From Parcubacteria group bacterium (lineage in GTDB: Bacteria; Patescibacteriota; Minisyncoccia; Phycocordibacterales; UBA12088), in the NCBI GenBank assembly GCA_021731325.1, contig JAKFXP010000086.1, forward strand, positions 1-29,252: a stretch of 29,252 nucleotides of DNA, in the 5' to 3' direction. Numbering within the stretch: the first letter of the stretch is position 1; the number at the start of each line of letters is the position of its first letter. The translations under genes and the position numbers were made by a program. Of this stretch, positions 18,363 to 26,732 are shown piece by piece. Below the pieces are notes generated by a model. That model made no database searches, was not told where the DNA came from, and saw only the letters and a program-made list of their open reading frames with translations.

Positions 18363-18719
18363 CTACATACGCATACGTTCGTCTGGTTTACCGACAAACT
18401 CAACGACGTTGCGGGTACGTTGTCCAAACCTGTTCTCAGCCTCAATGACAATGGTCGAATACCCCTCTGGAGTGACCAGTGTTTCTGAAAAAGCGCCTGA
18501 TCCATCGAGTGCGATAGGTCTTCCGTCGATGCGTACGCGGGTAACATTTTCCGCACGTCCGTCTACCGAAAGAAGAGTGTCGGTGAGCGTATCTCCCGGC
18601 TGGGGATGTGTAACGGTGAGCACCGGCCCCAGCATAAGTGTCCGTGCATTAAAAATACCGTACCCAACCGTCAGGGTTATTACGCCGAGCGCCAGAACTG
18701 CATTTATATTAGTTTTCAT
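18363..18719 (-). CDS. Small membrane-anchored Ig-like domain protein
   Basis: N-terminal TM (AVLALGVITLTVGYGIF), then beta-strand pattern VDGRAENVTRVRIDGRPI..FSETL..GYSTIVIEAENRFG. ATG 18719 overlaps the ftsK stop. Confidence 0.75.
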   Translation of the reverse strand: MKTNINAVLALGVITLTVGYGIFNARTLMLGPVLTVTHPQPGDTLTDTLLSVDGRAENVTRVRIDGRPIALDGSGAFSETLVTPEGYSTIVIEAENRFGQRTRNVVEFVGKPDERMRM

Positions 18720-21021
18720 ACTCAGTAGGGGATACTTCTCCGGTCGGAGCTTCGTCAGACGAGGATCCTCCCTCTCCACCAATTATTTCACGGGGGCGGT
18801 TGGTACCATCGGAGCTTGCAATGACTCCTCGCTGCTCAAGTTGATCCATGATACGCGCGGCGCGTCCATAGCCGACCTTAAACCGGCGTTGGATAAGTGA
18901 GGTAGAGGCTTTGCGGTCTTTCATAACCACCTCCCGCACTTCTTCGTATAATTCATCAAGATCATCACCTCCTTCACCAAAGGAGAAGCTTGGTCCTGAG
19001 GTACCGCCGTTAGTATCACCACCACTCGCAAAATCAATAATCTCAGGCAAAGAACCACCGTTATTTTTGATAATAAACGCGGTTACTTTCTTTACCTCAG
19101 CCGTCGTAAGGAATGGTGACTGAATACGGCGGGGTTTTGACATATCGCCCGAAAGGTAGAGCATATCCCCTTGACCAAGCAGTTTTTCTGCGCCCGGTTG
19201 ATCGAGAATGGTGCGAGAGTCAATCAGGGAAGCAACTTTGAGGGCGATGCGGCTCGGAATGTTTGCTTTGATGAGACCGGTAATGACATTGACCGACGGT
19301 CGCTGGGTTGAGAGAACGAGATGAATACCCACTGCACGGCTCATTTGTGCCAATCGTACAATGACCGCTTCAAGCTCGCGCGGGTAGGCGGTCATGATAT
19401 CTGCCAGCTCATCAATAAATATGACAATGTGGGGCATGAGCTCGGGCACATCAATACCCGTAATATCTTTGTCCTTTGCTTTAAGTTGTGCGATATGGGC
19501 ATGCGCGGGTGCCATGATTTCGGTATGGTAGCTCGCAATGTCTTGCACCTTGTGTTGTTGCAAGAGATCATATCGTCGCTCCATTTCCTTGATTGCCCAC
19601 TTGAGTGAGAGAATACACTTTTTTGCATCAGTAATAACCGGAGTGAGGAGGTGCGGAATACCTTCATAGAGGGTAAGTTCAACACGTTTCGGGTCAACCA
19701 TGATAAAACGGAGACGCTCAGGACCGTTTCTATATATAAGAGAGGTGATCAGTGAGTGAATCATCACTGACTTACCCGAGCCAGTGGTACCGGCAACCAG
19801 GAGGTGGGGCATTTTACTCACATTAGCGTAGTGCGCTGCCCCTGCAATATCTTTGCCAAGACTCACAAAGAGAGGAGTTGATTCGCTCGTAAATTGAGCA
19901 GAGGAGAGCAGGCCGGCGAGCCCCACGGTTGACTTGCTTGCATTAGGCACCTCAATACCGACGAGTGATTTTCCCGGAATAGGTGCTTCGATACGGATGG
20001 GGGATGCGGCAAGGGCAAGCTCAAGATTGGACTGGAGCGCTACGATCTTGGAGAGCTTCACTCCTTCGGCAGGTTTGAGAGCGTACCGAGTAACACTGGG
20101 ACCAACGACAATCTCATCCATTTCAACGGGTATCTTAAAGTGTTGCAGGGTTCGTCGAATGAGATTGGCACGCGCCTTAGTATCCCCCGCATTTGCTTTG
20201 TTACGATCCGACTCCAAGAGGGAGACCGGAGGTGCGACGTATTCGCTCGGCATCTCAAATACCGGTTTTGATCGCGCTTTCTTTTTGGAAGAGTCGGAAA
20301 AAAGCTCGACAAACTCCTGGTCAGATTCGAGCTCTTCGTCCTCGTCATCATCACTGGGTACGGGTTGTTTTTGAATGGGGAGCGATTGAGCTTCAGGAGC
20401 AGAGTCAGCCTCTTCTCCCGACACGTCCCCGTATTCGTTCTCCGTATTCGTTCCCGCGTCTTCAGGGGTTGATCGACGAAAGAGTCCTCCAGCGGTGCGC
20501 GCAAGTCCGATCCACAGCTCACTATCAAGCAGAAGAAGGAGGGATACGACGATACCACCCGCAAGCACGACGAGTGATGCGATCATATCGAGGTAGGTTA
20601 AGAGAGGGTGTGCGATAAGGTTGCCCAAATATCCCGCCCGTGATCCGGCGAGTACCCCCACCATAGCTAAGGAAGAAAGGAAAAAGAGAAACGCGCCAAC
20701 GGTGCGCACTGCCTGGAGCTGCTGTTCTTTGCCGGCGCGCATAAAGAGACCGCGCGCCCAAATAATAAGAACGACCGGAAGCAAAAAGTACCCCACTCCA
20801 ACCACAAAGTAGATGCCCCGGTAGAGTTTTTCCCCCGCAACTCCCGCCATGCCGAGTACGGCAAGTACGAGGATGATGGCAAGTACAAAGAGAAGTACTC
20901 CCCCAATCCCACGCAGAGTCTCCTCTCCAAGAGAGCCAAAAAAACCAGGAGTCTCATCCACTTCAATAATTTCCTCCACTTTCTTTTTAGTAGATTTTTT
21001 CGTCCTCTGAGCGATAGCCAT
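18709..21021 (-). CDS. ftsK: DNA translocase FtsK/SpoIIIE
   Basis: N-terminal TM domain; PHLLVAGTTGSGKS, VDPKRVEL, IFIDELAD, STQRPSV, GAEKLLGQGDML; gamma domain ASTSLIQRRFKVGYGRAARIMDQLE. ATG 21021 preferred because TACAAT lies 7 nt upstream. Confidence 0.97.
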   Translation of the reverse strand: MAIAQRTKKSTKKKVEEIIEVDETPGFFGSLGEETLRGIGGVLLFVLAIILVLAVLGMAGVAGEKLYRGIYFVVGVGYFLLPVVLIIWARGLFMRAGKEQQLQAVRTVGAFLFFLSSLAMVGVLAGSRAGYLGNLIAHPLLTYLDMIASLVVLAGGIVVSLLLLLDSELWIGLARTAGGLFRRSTPEDAGTNTENEYGDVSGEEADSAPEAQSLPIQKQPVPSDDDEDEELESDQEFVELFSDSSKKKARSKPVFEMPSEYVAPPVSLLESDRNKANAGDTKARANLIRRTLQHFKIPVEMDEIVVGPSVTRYALKPAEGVKLSKIVALQSNLELALAASPIRIEAPIPGKSLVGIEVPNASKSTVGLAGLLSSAQFTSESTPLFVSLGKDIAGAAHYANVSKMPHLLVAGTTGSGKSVMIHSLITSLIYRNGPERLRFIMVDPKRVELTLYEGIPHLLTPVITDAKKCILSLKWAIKEMERRYDLLQQHKVQDIASYHTEIMAPAHAHIAQLKAKDKDITGIDVPELMPHIVIFIDELADIMTAYPRELEAVIVRLAQMSRAVGIHLVLSTQRPSVNVITGLIKANIPSRIALKVASLIDSRTILDQPGAEKLLGQGDMLYLSGDMSKPRRIQSPFLTTAEVKKVTAFIIKNNGGSLPEIIDFASGGDTNGGTSGPSFSFGEGGDDLDELYEEVREVVMKDRKASTSLIQRRFKVGYGRAARIMDQLEQRGVIASSDGTNRPREIIGGEGGSSSDEAPTGEVSPTEYEN

Positions 21022-21170
21022 GCGCACCATTGTACCACAGGAAAGCGAGCATTCTTACCGTATACGTATCAACAGGTGCCCAATCAGCCGACACATAAAG
21101 AATGATCTCAAAAGAGGACTGAGTACCTACCAAGCCAATAACATCAATCCCGCAACACGCAGAGGCCGAA

Positions 21171-22015
21171 GAGACAACCTTGCGGACACCTGTCCATAAG
21201 ATATAGTGACCGGTACGAGAAGTGCAAAAGCAGTAAGGGTCACAGACATCAAAAAAGCCATATAAGTCAAAAACGGTATGGAACCAGAGACACATAAGGA
21301 CATTATTACCAAGGACAATCAGGCACTAAAGGGCATATACAATACATATGTCCGATTGTCATACAAGGACAAACTCCTCACGTCCTATATTATAGAAAAG
21401 ACATCGCGAGTGACCGCTGCGATACTCCTCCTCACGGCGCGTAATAAAGGACAAGACAAACTCCTCACCCAGATAGAAGAGTCAGCAGTAAGACTTGTCC
21501 TACACGCGTCCCGTGCCCATGAGTCCGATACCGAGCGAGGGCAGTTTCTTGTCGAGATTGGCACGCTTGCCGTCCTCCTCGATGTGGGGGGGCGTACCGC
21601 CCGCATGTCGCAGAGCAATGCGGAATTACTTTCTGATGAGTTGCTCGCATTCCAACGGTATGTTGGAGAAATTGAGTGGAATAGCGGAAGGAGGTTCATG
21701 GGAGGTGAACAACTGTTTGTACACAAACCAAGCCTACTCGATCTAAAGGACAATGCTTACCGGGCGGATATATCGACACAAGGACAAACAAAAGACACAG
21801 GAGCACCCCAACCCCATCAAAAAGAGACATCGTCGTATGGGACACAAGGGCAGATACAAAGGGACATTCGTCAAAGTCCAATACGTCACAATACCGAACG
21901 TATGCAAGATGCTCAAAAGGACAGACGAGCAACGATACTGGGTATGTTGCAACGCAAAGATCGTGTATCAGTGAGGGACGTGGCAAATGTCATAAAGGAC
22001 TGTAGTGAAAAGACA
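21171..22015 (+). repeat. Dispersed RRGACA / AAGGACA motif array in and upstream of the wHTH gene
   Basis: Exact AAGGACA at 21296, 21311, 21365, 21447, 21746, 21780, 21917; 15 RRGACA on the + strand within the 825-nt CDS; upstream palindrome GGACA-CC-TGTCC at 21184-21195. Confidence 0.85.
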
Positions 22016-22102
22016 CTCCAACGCGAACTCCTCGCACTAGTTGCTCAAGGTGTCCTTGTAAAAGACGGCGAACGACGATGGTCGACCTACCGGTTGGCGT
22101 AG
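21278..22102 (+). CDS. Protein with N-terminal helical domain, low-complexity linker and C-terminal DeoR-like winged HTH
   Basis: C-terminal RRATILGMLQRKDRVSVRDVANVIKDCSEKTLQRELLALVAQGVLVKDGERRWSTYRL is a wHTH pattern. Confidence 0.85.
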   Translation: MEPETHKDIITKDNQALKGIYNTYVRLSYKDKLLTSYIIEKTSRVTAAILLLTARNKGQDKLLTQIEESAVRLVLHASRAHESDTERGQFLVEIGTLAVLLDVGGRTARMSQSNAELLSDELLAFQRYVGEIEWNSGRRFMGGEQLFVHKPSLLDLKDNAYRADISTQGQTKDTGAPQPHQKETSSYGTQGQIQRDIRQSPIRHNTERMQDAQKDRRATILGMLQRKDRVSVRDVANVIKDCSEKTLQRELLALVAQGVLVKDGERRWSTYRLA

Positions 22103-22283
22103 TTGACACTATTTTATTTGCGATGTAGAGCGTGGTGTTGCAAGTAAGTACCTATTCAGCTCTTCGTCATAAGTGGCAGAGACTAGTATCTTTTTGTAAG
22201 CAATATGCTATAAAGGTGCACAGTCTGGGGTGCCTTGAGAGTAGAGTCCATAAAGAGCTTGACGCAGGGTAGGGAGTGGGTGG

Positions 22284-22292
22284 TTATCCACA
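22284..22292 (+). promoter_or_regulatory. Single perfect DnaA box
   Basis: TTATCCACA, 7 nt upstream of a putative -35 element. Confidence 0.5.
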
Positions 22293-22299
22293 CATATCT

Positions 22300-22329
22300 T
22301 TGCGTTTCAGAGCTTTTTACCTTTATAAT
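22300..22329 (+). promoter_or_regulatory. Putative distal promoter of the S-layer-like gene
   Basis: TTGCGT-N18-TATAAT. Confidence 0.5.
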
Positions 22330-22589
22330 TACCTCTGAATCTCAAGTGGCTGCAAAGTTTGTGTGGCCGCTTGGTATTTTGAAAATACAGGTACGGTTGA
22401 GGCGCGTTGTTCTTTGACAATTTCATAGAGAAAAAACACACAATTCACTGCATGACCTTGTTCTGCTGTGCTCGCGTTTGCGACGTACACATCGGTTGCT
22501 TTTGGTAGATATTTCAGTCCACATCCTTTGTCACCAACTTTCTCGTTGTGGTCGGTCGAACTCTGTCCACATTGAGGAATAAAACAAGT

Positions 22590-22854
22590 TGGTATAGTCG
22601 GGGCCTTCGCGCGCCCAAGTCGGACAAGTGCTCGCAAGAGCACTCGCCCGCCTTGGGCGCACTCGCCCGCCAATCGTTTACTATAGATGAACACCAACGT
22701 ACATCTATATGGAGTGTTGGGCGGGGAGAGGGGTCGGATTATTAACCCGCGCATCACATGCAAGTGGGGTGCGCACATATATTAGTTCTTCGGACGGGCT
22801 TATTACGTTTATAAGTAAATCTGCTCGAATGGAGAATAAACAATTAAAAATATT
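22590..22854 (+). promoter_or_regulatory. Extended -10 promoter and structured ~250-nt 5' leader of the S-layer-like gene
   Basis: TGGTATAGT (22590-22598), then stems GCGCCCAAG/CTTGGGCGC, AGTGCTC-GCAA-GAGCACT and TATAGATG/CATCTATA. Confidence 0.55.
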
Positions 22855-24939
22855 ATGACGAATAGTTTAACGCTCAACAAAGTTGCTGCTGCCGTTGTGG
22901 GAGTAGCGATGGTCGCTGGTGTCGCATTTGCTTTTTCAGCATCTCGCGCACATGCAGTAACCCTCACCGAGCTCGTAGAGCTCTTTATTGCACTCGAGGT
23001 TATCCCTGCTGATAAGGCAGACGAGGCTCGCACCGTGCTTTCAGGTCAGGAGGAGACAAACACCACCACGACTACGACTACGACCAGTTCAACGGGCGCA
23101 GCGATGACGTGTAACTTTACTCGCAACCTCAATGTTGGCGCAACTGGCGCTGATGTTATGGAGCTCCAGAAGTTCTTGAATGCAAAGGGGTACACCGTTG
23201 CAACCGCAGGTGCTGGTTCAGCAGGTATGGAGAGTCAGTACTTTGGTCCAGCTACCAAGGGTGCAGTTGCAAAGATGCAGACCGCATTCGCAGCTGAGAT
23301 TCTTGCACCACTTGGTCTTACGACCGGTACCGGATTCTTTGGTGCTGCAACTCGCGCAAAGGCAAACACGCTTTGCGCAGCTACAACTCCAGAAGTTCCT
23401 GCAGGTGATGATGACGACGATGATGACACCACCGGTGACGATGATGACGACACCGACCTTTCAGGCGGCGAGGCATCACTCGAGGACTTTAGCCGCTCAA
23501 GCTCTCCTTCAGCTGTAGATGTTGCTGAGGATGAGGAAGAGGTACAGGTAGCAGGTTTTGAGTTTGACGTAAACGATGCTGACGCTGCTATCAAGCGCGT
23601 TGATGTTCGTTTCGAGACTACTACCGTTGCTCCTGCATCAAACAAGCCTTACGATTACTTCGAGTCAGTCCAGCTTCTTCTCGATGGCGAGCAGATCGCC
23701 GAAGTAGACGCTAGCGCAAAGGCAGACTGGGAGGACATCACTGGCAATGCATGGGAACTCAGCTTCACCGATCTCGATGAGAAGGTGAGTGCAGATGACG
23801 TTGCAAAGCTTGTTATCGCAGTGACGACCCAAGGTTCACTTGATACCGATGATGAGGCTACTACTTGGAACGTCTGGATTCCAAATGATGGTATCCGCGC
23901 ACGCGATGGTGCTGGCATTGATCAGTATGTTGGCGATGCAGATCTTCTTGCAAGTGCTGCAGAGGAGCGCACCTTCGACACTGAAGGTGCAGGTCAGGGT
24001 GAAGAACTTAAGGTTTCTCTCTCAACCAGCAATCCTGATGCATCAACCATCAAGGTGGACGAGGATAACTCAACTGACGATGTTACGATACTCACCTTCG
24101 AATTGAAGGCAGAGGAGAGCGACATTGAGATCACTGAGCTCCCTATCCGCTTCGATATCGGATCGGACTTCTTCGATCAGGTCGTAAGTGATGTTACTCT
24201 TGATGTTGATGGTACTATCTACGACGACTTTACTACGCAGAACGGTGCTACCGCTATAGCTTCCACCACCTTTACGTTCGACACCGGTGACTTTGTTATC
24301 GATGCGGACTCAAAGGTAACAGTGAAGGTCATCGTTGACCTCCTCAAGCTTACGGGCAATTACGATGGTGGTGACACTATCGCAGCATCGCTCAACGACA
24401 TTGAGGTAGATGCCATTGATGCAGAAGGTGCAGACACCATCGCTGCTGCTGACCTTACAGGTACTGCAGTAGGTGAGACACACACACTTCAGAGCTCAGG
24501 CATCTTCGCAGAAATTGAGACGATTACTGAGACAAGTAAGTCTGATGGTACCAACGATGATGCTGTCGGTGAGTTCAAGTTCAAGTTTGACTTGACCGCA
24601 TTTGACGACACCTTCTATGTGAGCGCAACGAACACGGCAGCATACAGCTTCACGGTTCTTGACTCCACTGGTGCTGCTTCAACAACACTGACTTCAGCCG
24701 CTTCAGCTGCAATCACTTCGACTGCAACTCAGGTTGGTGATGCGTTCCGTGTTGACGAAGGTGAGACCGAGAGCTTCACGCTCACACTTACGGTTGATCC
24801 AGGTATGGTAGGCAACGTACGCGCACGAATCAATAGTGTTGATTTCGGTAGTCTCTCAACCGCACCGTTGAATCAGACTGCACACACTGTTGCACCTGCT
24901 GAAGACTTCCGTTCTGATTTCCTCTACCTCAACAACTAA
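22855..24939 (+). CDS. S-layer-like secreted protein with peptidoglycan-binding-like domain
   Basis: Signal peptide ending AHA; PG_binding_1-like FTRNLNVGATGADVMELQKFLN..YFGPATKGAVAKMQ; very acidic, Thr/Ala-rich beta-strand body; AT-rich translation initiation region; strong terminator. Confidence 0.8.
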   Translation: MTNSLTLNKVAAAVVGVAMVAGVAFAFSASRAHAVTLTELVELFIALEVIPADKADEARTVLSGQEETNTTTTTTTTSSTGAAMTCNFTRNLNVGATGADVMELQKFLNAKGYTVATAGAGSAGMESQYFGPATKGAVAKMQTAFAAEILAPLGLTTGTGFFGAATRAKANTLCAATTPEVPAGDDDDDDDTTGDDDDDTDLSGGEASLEDFSRSSSPSAVDVAEDEEEVQVAGFEFDVNDADAAIKRVDVRFETTTVAPASNKPYDYFESVQLLLDGEQIAEVDASAKADWEDITGNAWELSFTDLDEKVSADDVAKLVIAVTTQGSLDTDDEATTWNVWIPNDGIRARDGAGIDQYVGDADLLASAAEERTFDTEGAGQGEELKVSLSTSNPDASTIKVDEDNSTDDVTILTFELKAEESDIEITELPIRFDIGSDFFDQVVSDVTLDVDGTIYDDFTTQNGATAIASTTFTFDTGDFVIDADSKVTVKVIVDLLKLTGNYDGGDTIAASLNDIEVDAIDAEGADTIAAADLTGTAVGETHTLQSSGIFAEIETITETSKSDGTNDDAVGEFKFKFDLTAFDDTFYVSATNTAAYSFTVLDSTGAASTTLTSAASAAITSTATQVGDAFRVDEGETESFTLTLTVDPGMVGNVRARINSVDFGSLSTAPLNQTAHTVAPAEDFRSDFLYLNN

Positions 24940-24979
24940 TCTTGTTAAGGTACTGGTCTAAGACTCTAGTCTAGGTCGC

Positions 24980-25016
24980 ACAAAACCCCCGCCGGGCAAC
25001 CGGTCGGGGGTTTTGT
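24980..25016 (+). terminator. Intrinsic terminator after the S-layer-like gene
   Basis: ACAAAACCCCCGCCGG-GCAA-CCGGTCGGGGGTTTTGT. Confidence 0.85.
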
Positions 25017-25043
25017 CGTCCCTCATTAAAAATGACACCAAAG

Positions 25044-25132
25044 AAACTACCCTAAAGGTAGTTTATCTAAAGGTAGTTTATCAACCAGCTTATCCACTTA
25101 CCAAAAACTACCTTTAGGGTAGTTTTTGGTAA
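25044..25132. repeat. REP-like palindromes upstream of the transposase
   Basis: AAACTACCCTAAAGGTAGTTT (25044-25064); half copy CTAAAGGTAGTTT (25067-25079); inverted copy 25105-25125 within a 15-bp stem (25098-25132). Confidence 0.85.
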
Positions 25133-25133
25133 T

Positions 25134-25817
25134 ATGGGATATATGGCATCCGTACCTCGAACAGATGTTGGAGGATTGATATACCATGCGTGGAACCGTG
25201 GTAACGCTAGGGGCACTCTATTTATTACTGATAGCGATTATTTTGCGTTCGAGAACCTTATATCCGAAGCAAAAATCATTACCGGTATGCGCATTATTGC
25301 GTACACGATAATGCCCAACCATTGGCATTTTGTACTACATCCTGCAAAAGACGGTGACTTAGCACGTTTTTTTCATTGGCTCGTGGCAACACACACCAAA
25401 CGGTGGCATGTGGTGCGAAAATCGACCGGGCAAGGGCACATTTACCAAGGTACCTACAAATCAAATCTATGTGAACATAACAAACACTTTTTGCAGCTAG
25501 TGCGGTATGTTGAACGAAATGCGTTACGAGCAAATCTCGTGTCTCGAGCAGAAGAGTGGCGATGGTCAAGTGCATGGAGACGTGTGTACGGTACTGATGC
25601 TCAAAAAAGTATGATGGGTGACTGGCCTGTGGAAATGCCACGCACGTATCTGGAAACACTTAACACATCACAAAACAAAGAAGAGTTGGATGCGATACGA
25701 TACGCCCTCCGGAGAGGGAGTCCGTACGGTTCGGATTTTTGGAAAGGTTCGATGGTCGACAGGTATGGTCTCGAAGCAACAATACGGCAGCCAGGCCGCC
25801 CAAAAAAACTACCCTAA
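25134..25817 (+). mobile_element. REP-associated tyrosine transposase (RAYT / IS200-like Y1 HUH)
   Basis: YHAWNRGNAR..LF...DY, AYTIMPNHWHFVL (HUH), GHIYQGTYKS, VRYVERNALRANLV..AEEWRWSS. Confidence 0.92.
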
Positions 25818-25826
25818 AGGTAGTTT
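25806..25826. repeat. REP-like palindrome overlapping the transposase stop codon
   Basis: AAACTACCCTAAAGGTAGTTT, identical to 25044-25064; it supplies the TAA at 25815-25817. Confidence 0.9.
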
Positions 25827-25865
25827 TCGTTTGGTGTAGATACGGGCGTCTGCTATGCTATAGGC

Positions 25866-26009
25866 ATGAGACGACTTTTTAATAAAACATTTTATCGGTT
25901 TACGATGGGATTTATTGGCATACTTCTCGCGTCGTTTGCCCTTGCTGCGGTAGTGGCCAATATTGACTCTGAGCGTGCGGTGTCGGCATCCGCACAGCAG
26001 AGTAAATAG
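25866..26009 (+). CDS. Small single-TM protein (47 aa), absent from the ORF track
   Basis: MRRLFNKTFYRFTMGFIGILLASFALAAVVANIDSERAVSASAQQSK*; basic N-terminus plus hydrophobic helix; TGCTATGCT extended -10 ends 6 nt before the ATG. Confidence 0.65.
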   Translation: MRRLFNKTFYRFTMGFIGILLASFALAAVVANIDSERAVSASAQQSK

Positions 26010-26012
26010 AGG

Positions 26013-26041
26013 TTGCAAACTGCTCGTTTGTGGGCTATAGT
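26013..26041 (+). promoter_or_regulatory. Promoter of rplJL
   Basis: TTGCAA-N17-TATAGT. Confidence 0.7.
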
Positions 26042-26049
26042 GCTTTCAT

Positions 26050-26135
26050 AGCCCCGGAGACAGCAGGTGCCACACGGTGTGGCTTAATACATCCTGCCGA
26101 GAGGTAACTCACTACGAAAGAGGTCGGTCTTTTGT
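26050..26135 (+). promoter_or_regulatory. L10 leader (ribosomal protein autoregulatory RNA)
   Basis: GAGACAGCAGG..hairpin..CTTAA..CCTGCCGAG matches the L10 leader core, between the promoter and rplJ. Confidence 0.8.
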
Positions 26136-26181
26136 ACTTCGGTGGCTCACAATATCATTTTGAGCCATATTTTTTATTTTC

Positions 26182-26679
26182 ATGGCAGTTACAAAACAAA
26201 AAAAAGCAGAAGTGCTCGGTAAAGTAGAGCAGGCGGTAGCCGACGCAGGGTCAATCGTTTTTGTAAAAACGAAGGGTTTGCCGGTTATCGAAACACAAGG
26301 GATGCGTACCAAGCTCAGTGAGAGCGATGTCTCATACTATGTTGCCAAGAAGACCTTGATCAAACGAGCGTTGGCTGACAAACACTACGAAGGCACCATG
26401 CCGTCATTTGACGGAGAGCTTGCGCTTGCGTGGGGTAAAGATCCAATTGCTCCCGCTCGTGAAGTGCAGGATTTTGTCAAAACAACAAAAGGAAAAGTGA
26501 CGATTGTGGGAGGAATGTTTGAGGGGCGGTACATGAGCGCGTCAGAAATGACCGAAATTGCCTCCATCCCATCACAGCATACGTTGTACGCACAATTCGT
26601 GATGCTCATCAATTCACCAATCCAGCAGTTTGTGATGGCACTTGATCAGATTGCACAAAAAAAAGAAACCAGTGCATAG
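26182..26679 (+). CDS. rplJ: 50S ribosomal protein L10
   Basis: MAVTKQKKAEVL, YYVAKKTLIKRAL, GGMFEG, LINSPIQQF; upstream of rplL. Confidence 0.95.
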   Translation: MAVTKQKKAEVLGKVEQAVADAGSIVFVKTKGLPVIETQGMRTKLSESDVSYYVAKKTLIKRALADKHYEGTMPSFDGELALAWGKDPIAPAREVQDFVKTTKGKVTIVGGMFEGRYMSASEMTEIASIPSQHTLYAQFVMLINSPIQQFVMALDQIAQKKETSA

Positions 26680-26732
26680 TCCGGGTCATATCGACGTTGC
26701 ACGCACTATAAAAAAATTAATCTAGTAGTATT

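Noticed and set aside
18331-18900. 189-aa + strand ORF
   Set aside because: Antisense shadow of the Ig-like gene and ftsK end; no recognisable features.
22103-22600. oriC candidate
   Set aside because: Only one perfect DnaA box, no box cluster or clear DUE, and no dnaA/dnaN nearby.
22329-22778. 149-aa minus-strand ORF in the long intergenic region
   Set aside because: TTG start, no motifs, Cys-rich random composition; promoters and RNA stems on the + strand explain the region better.
25044-25132. CRISPR array
   Set aside because: Repeats are in mixed orientation, with no regular unique spacers and no cas genes; they fit transposase-associated palindromes.
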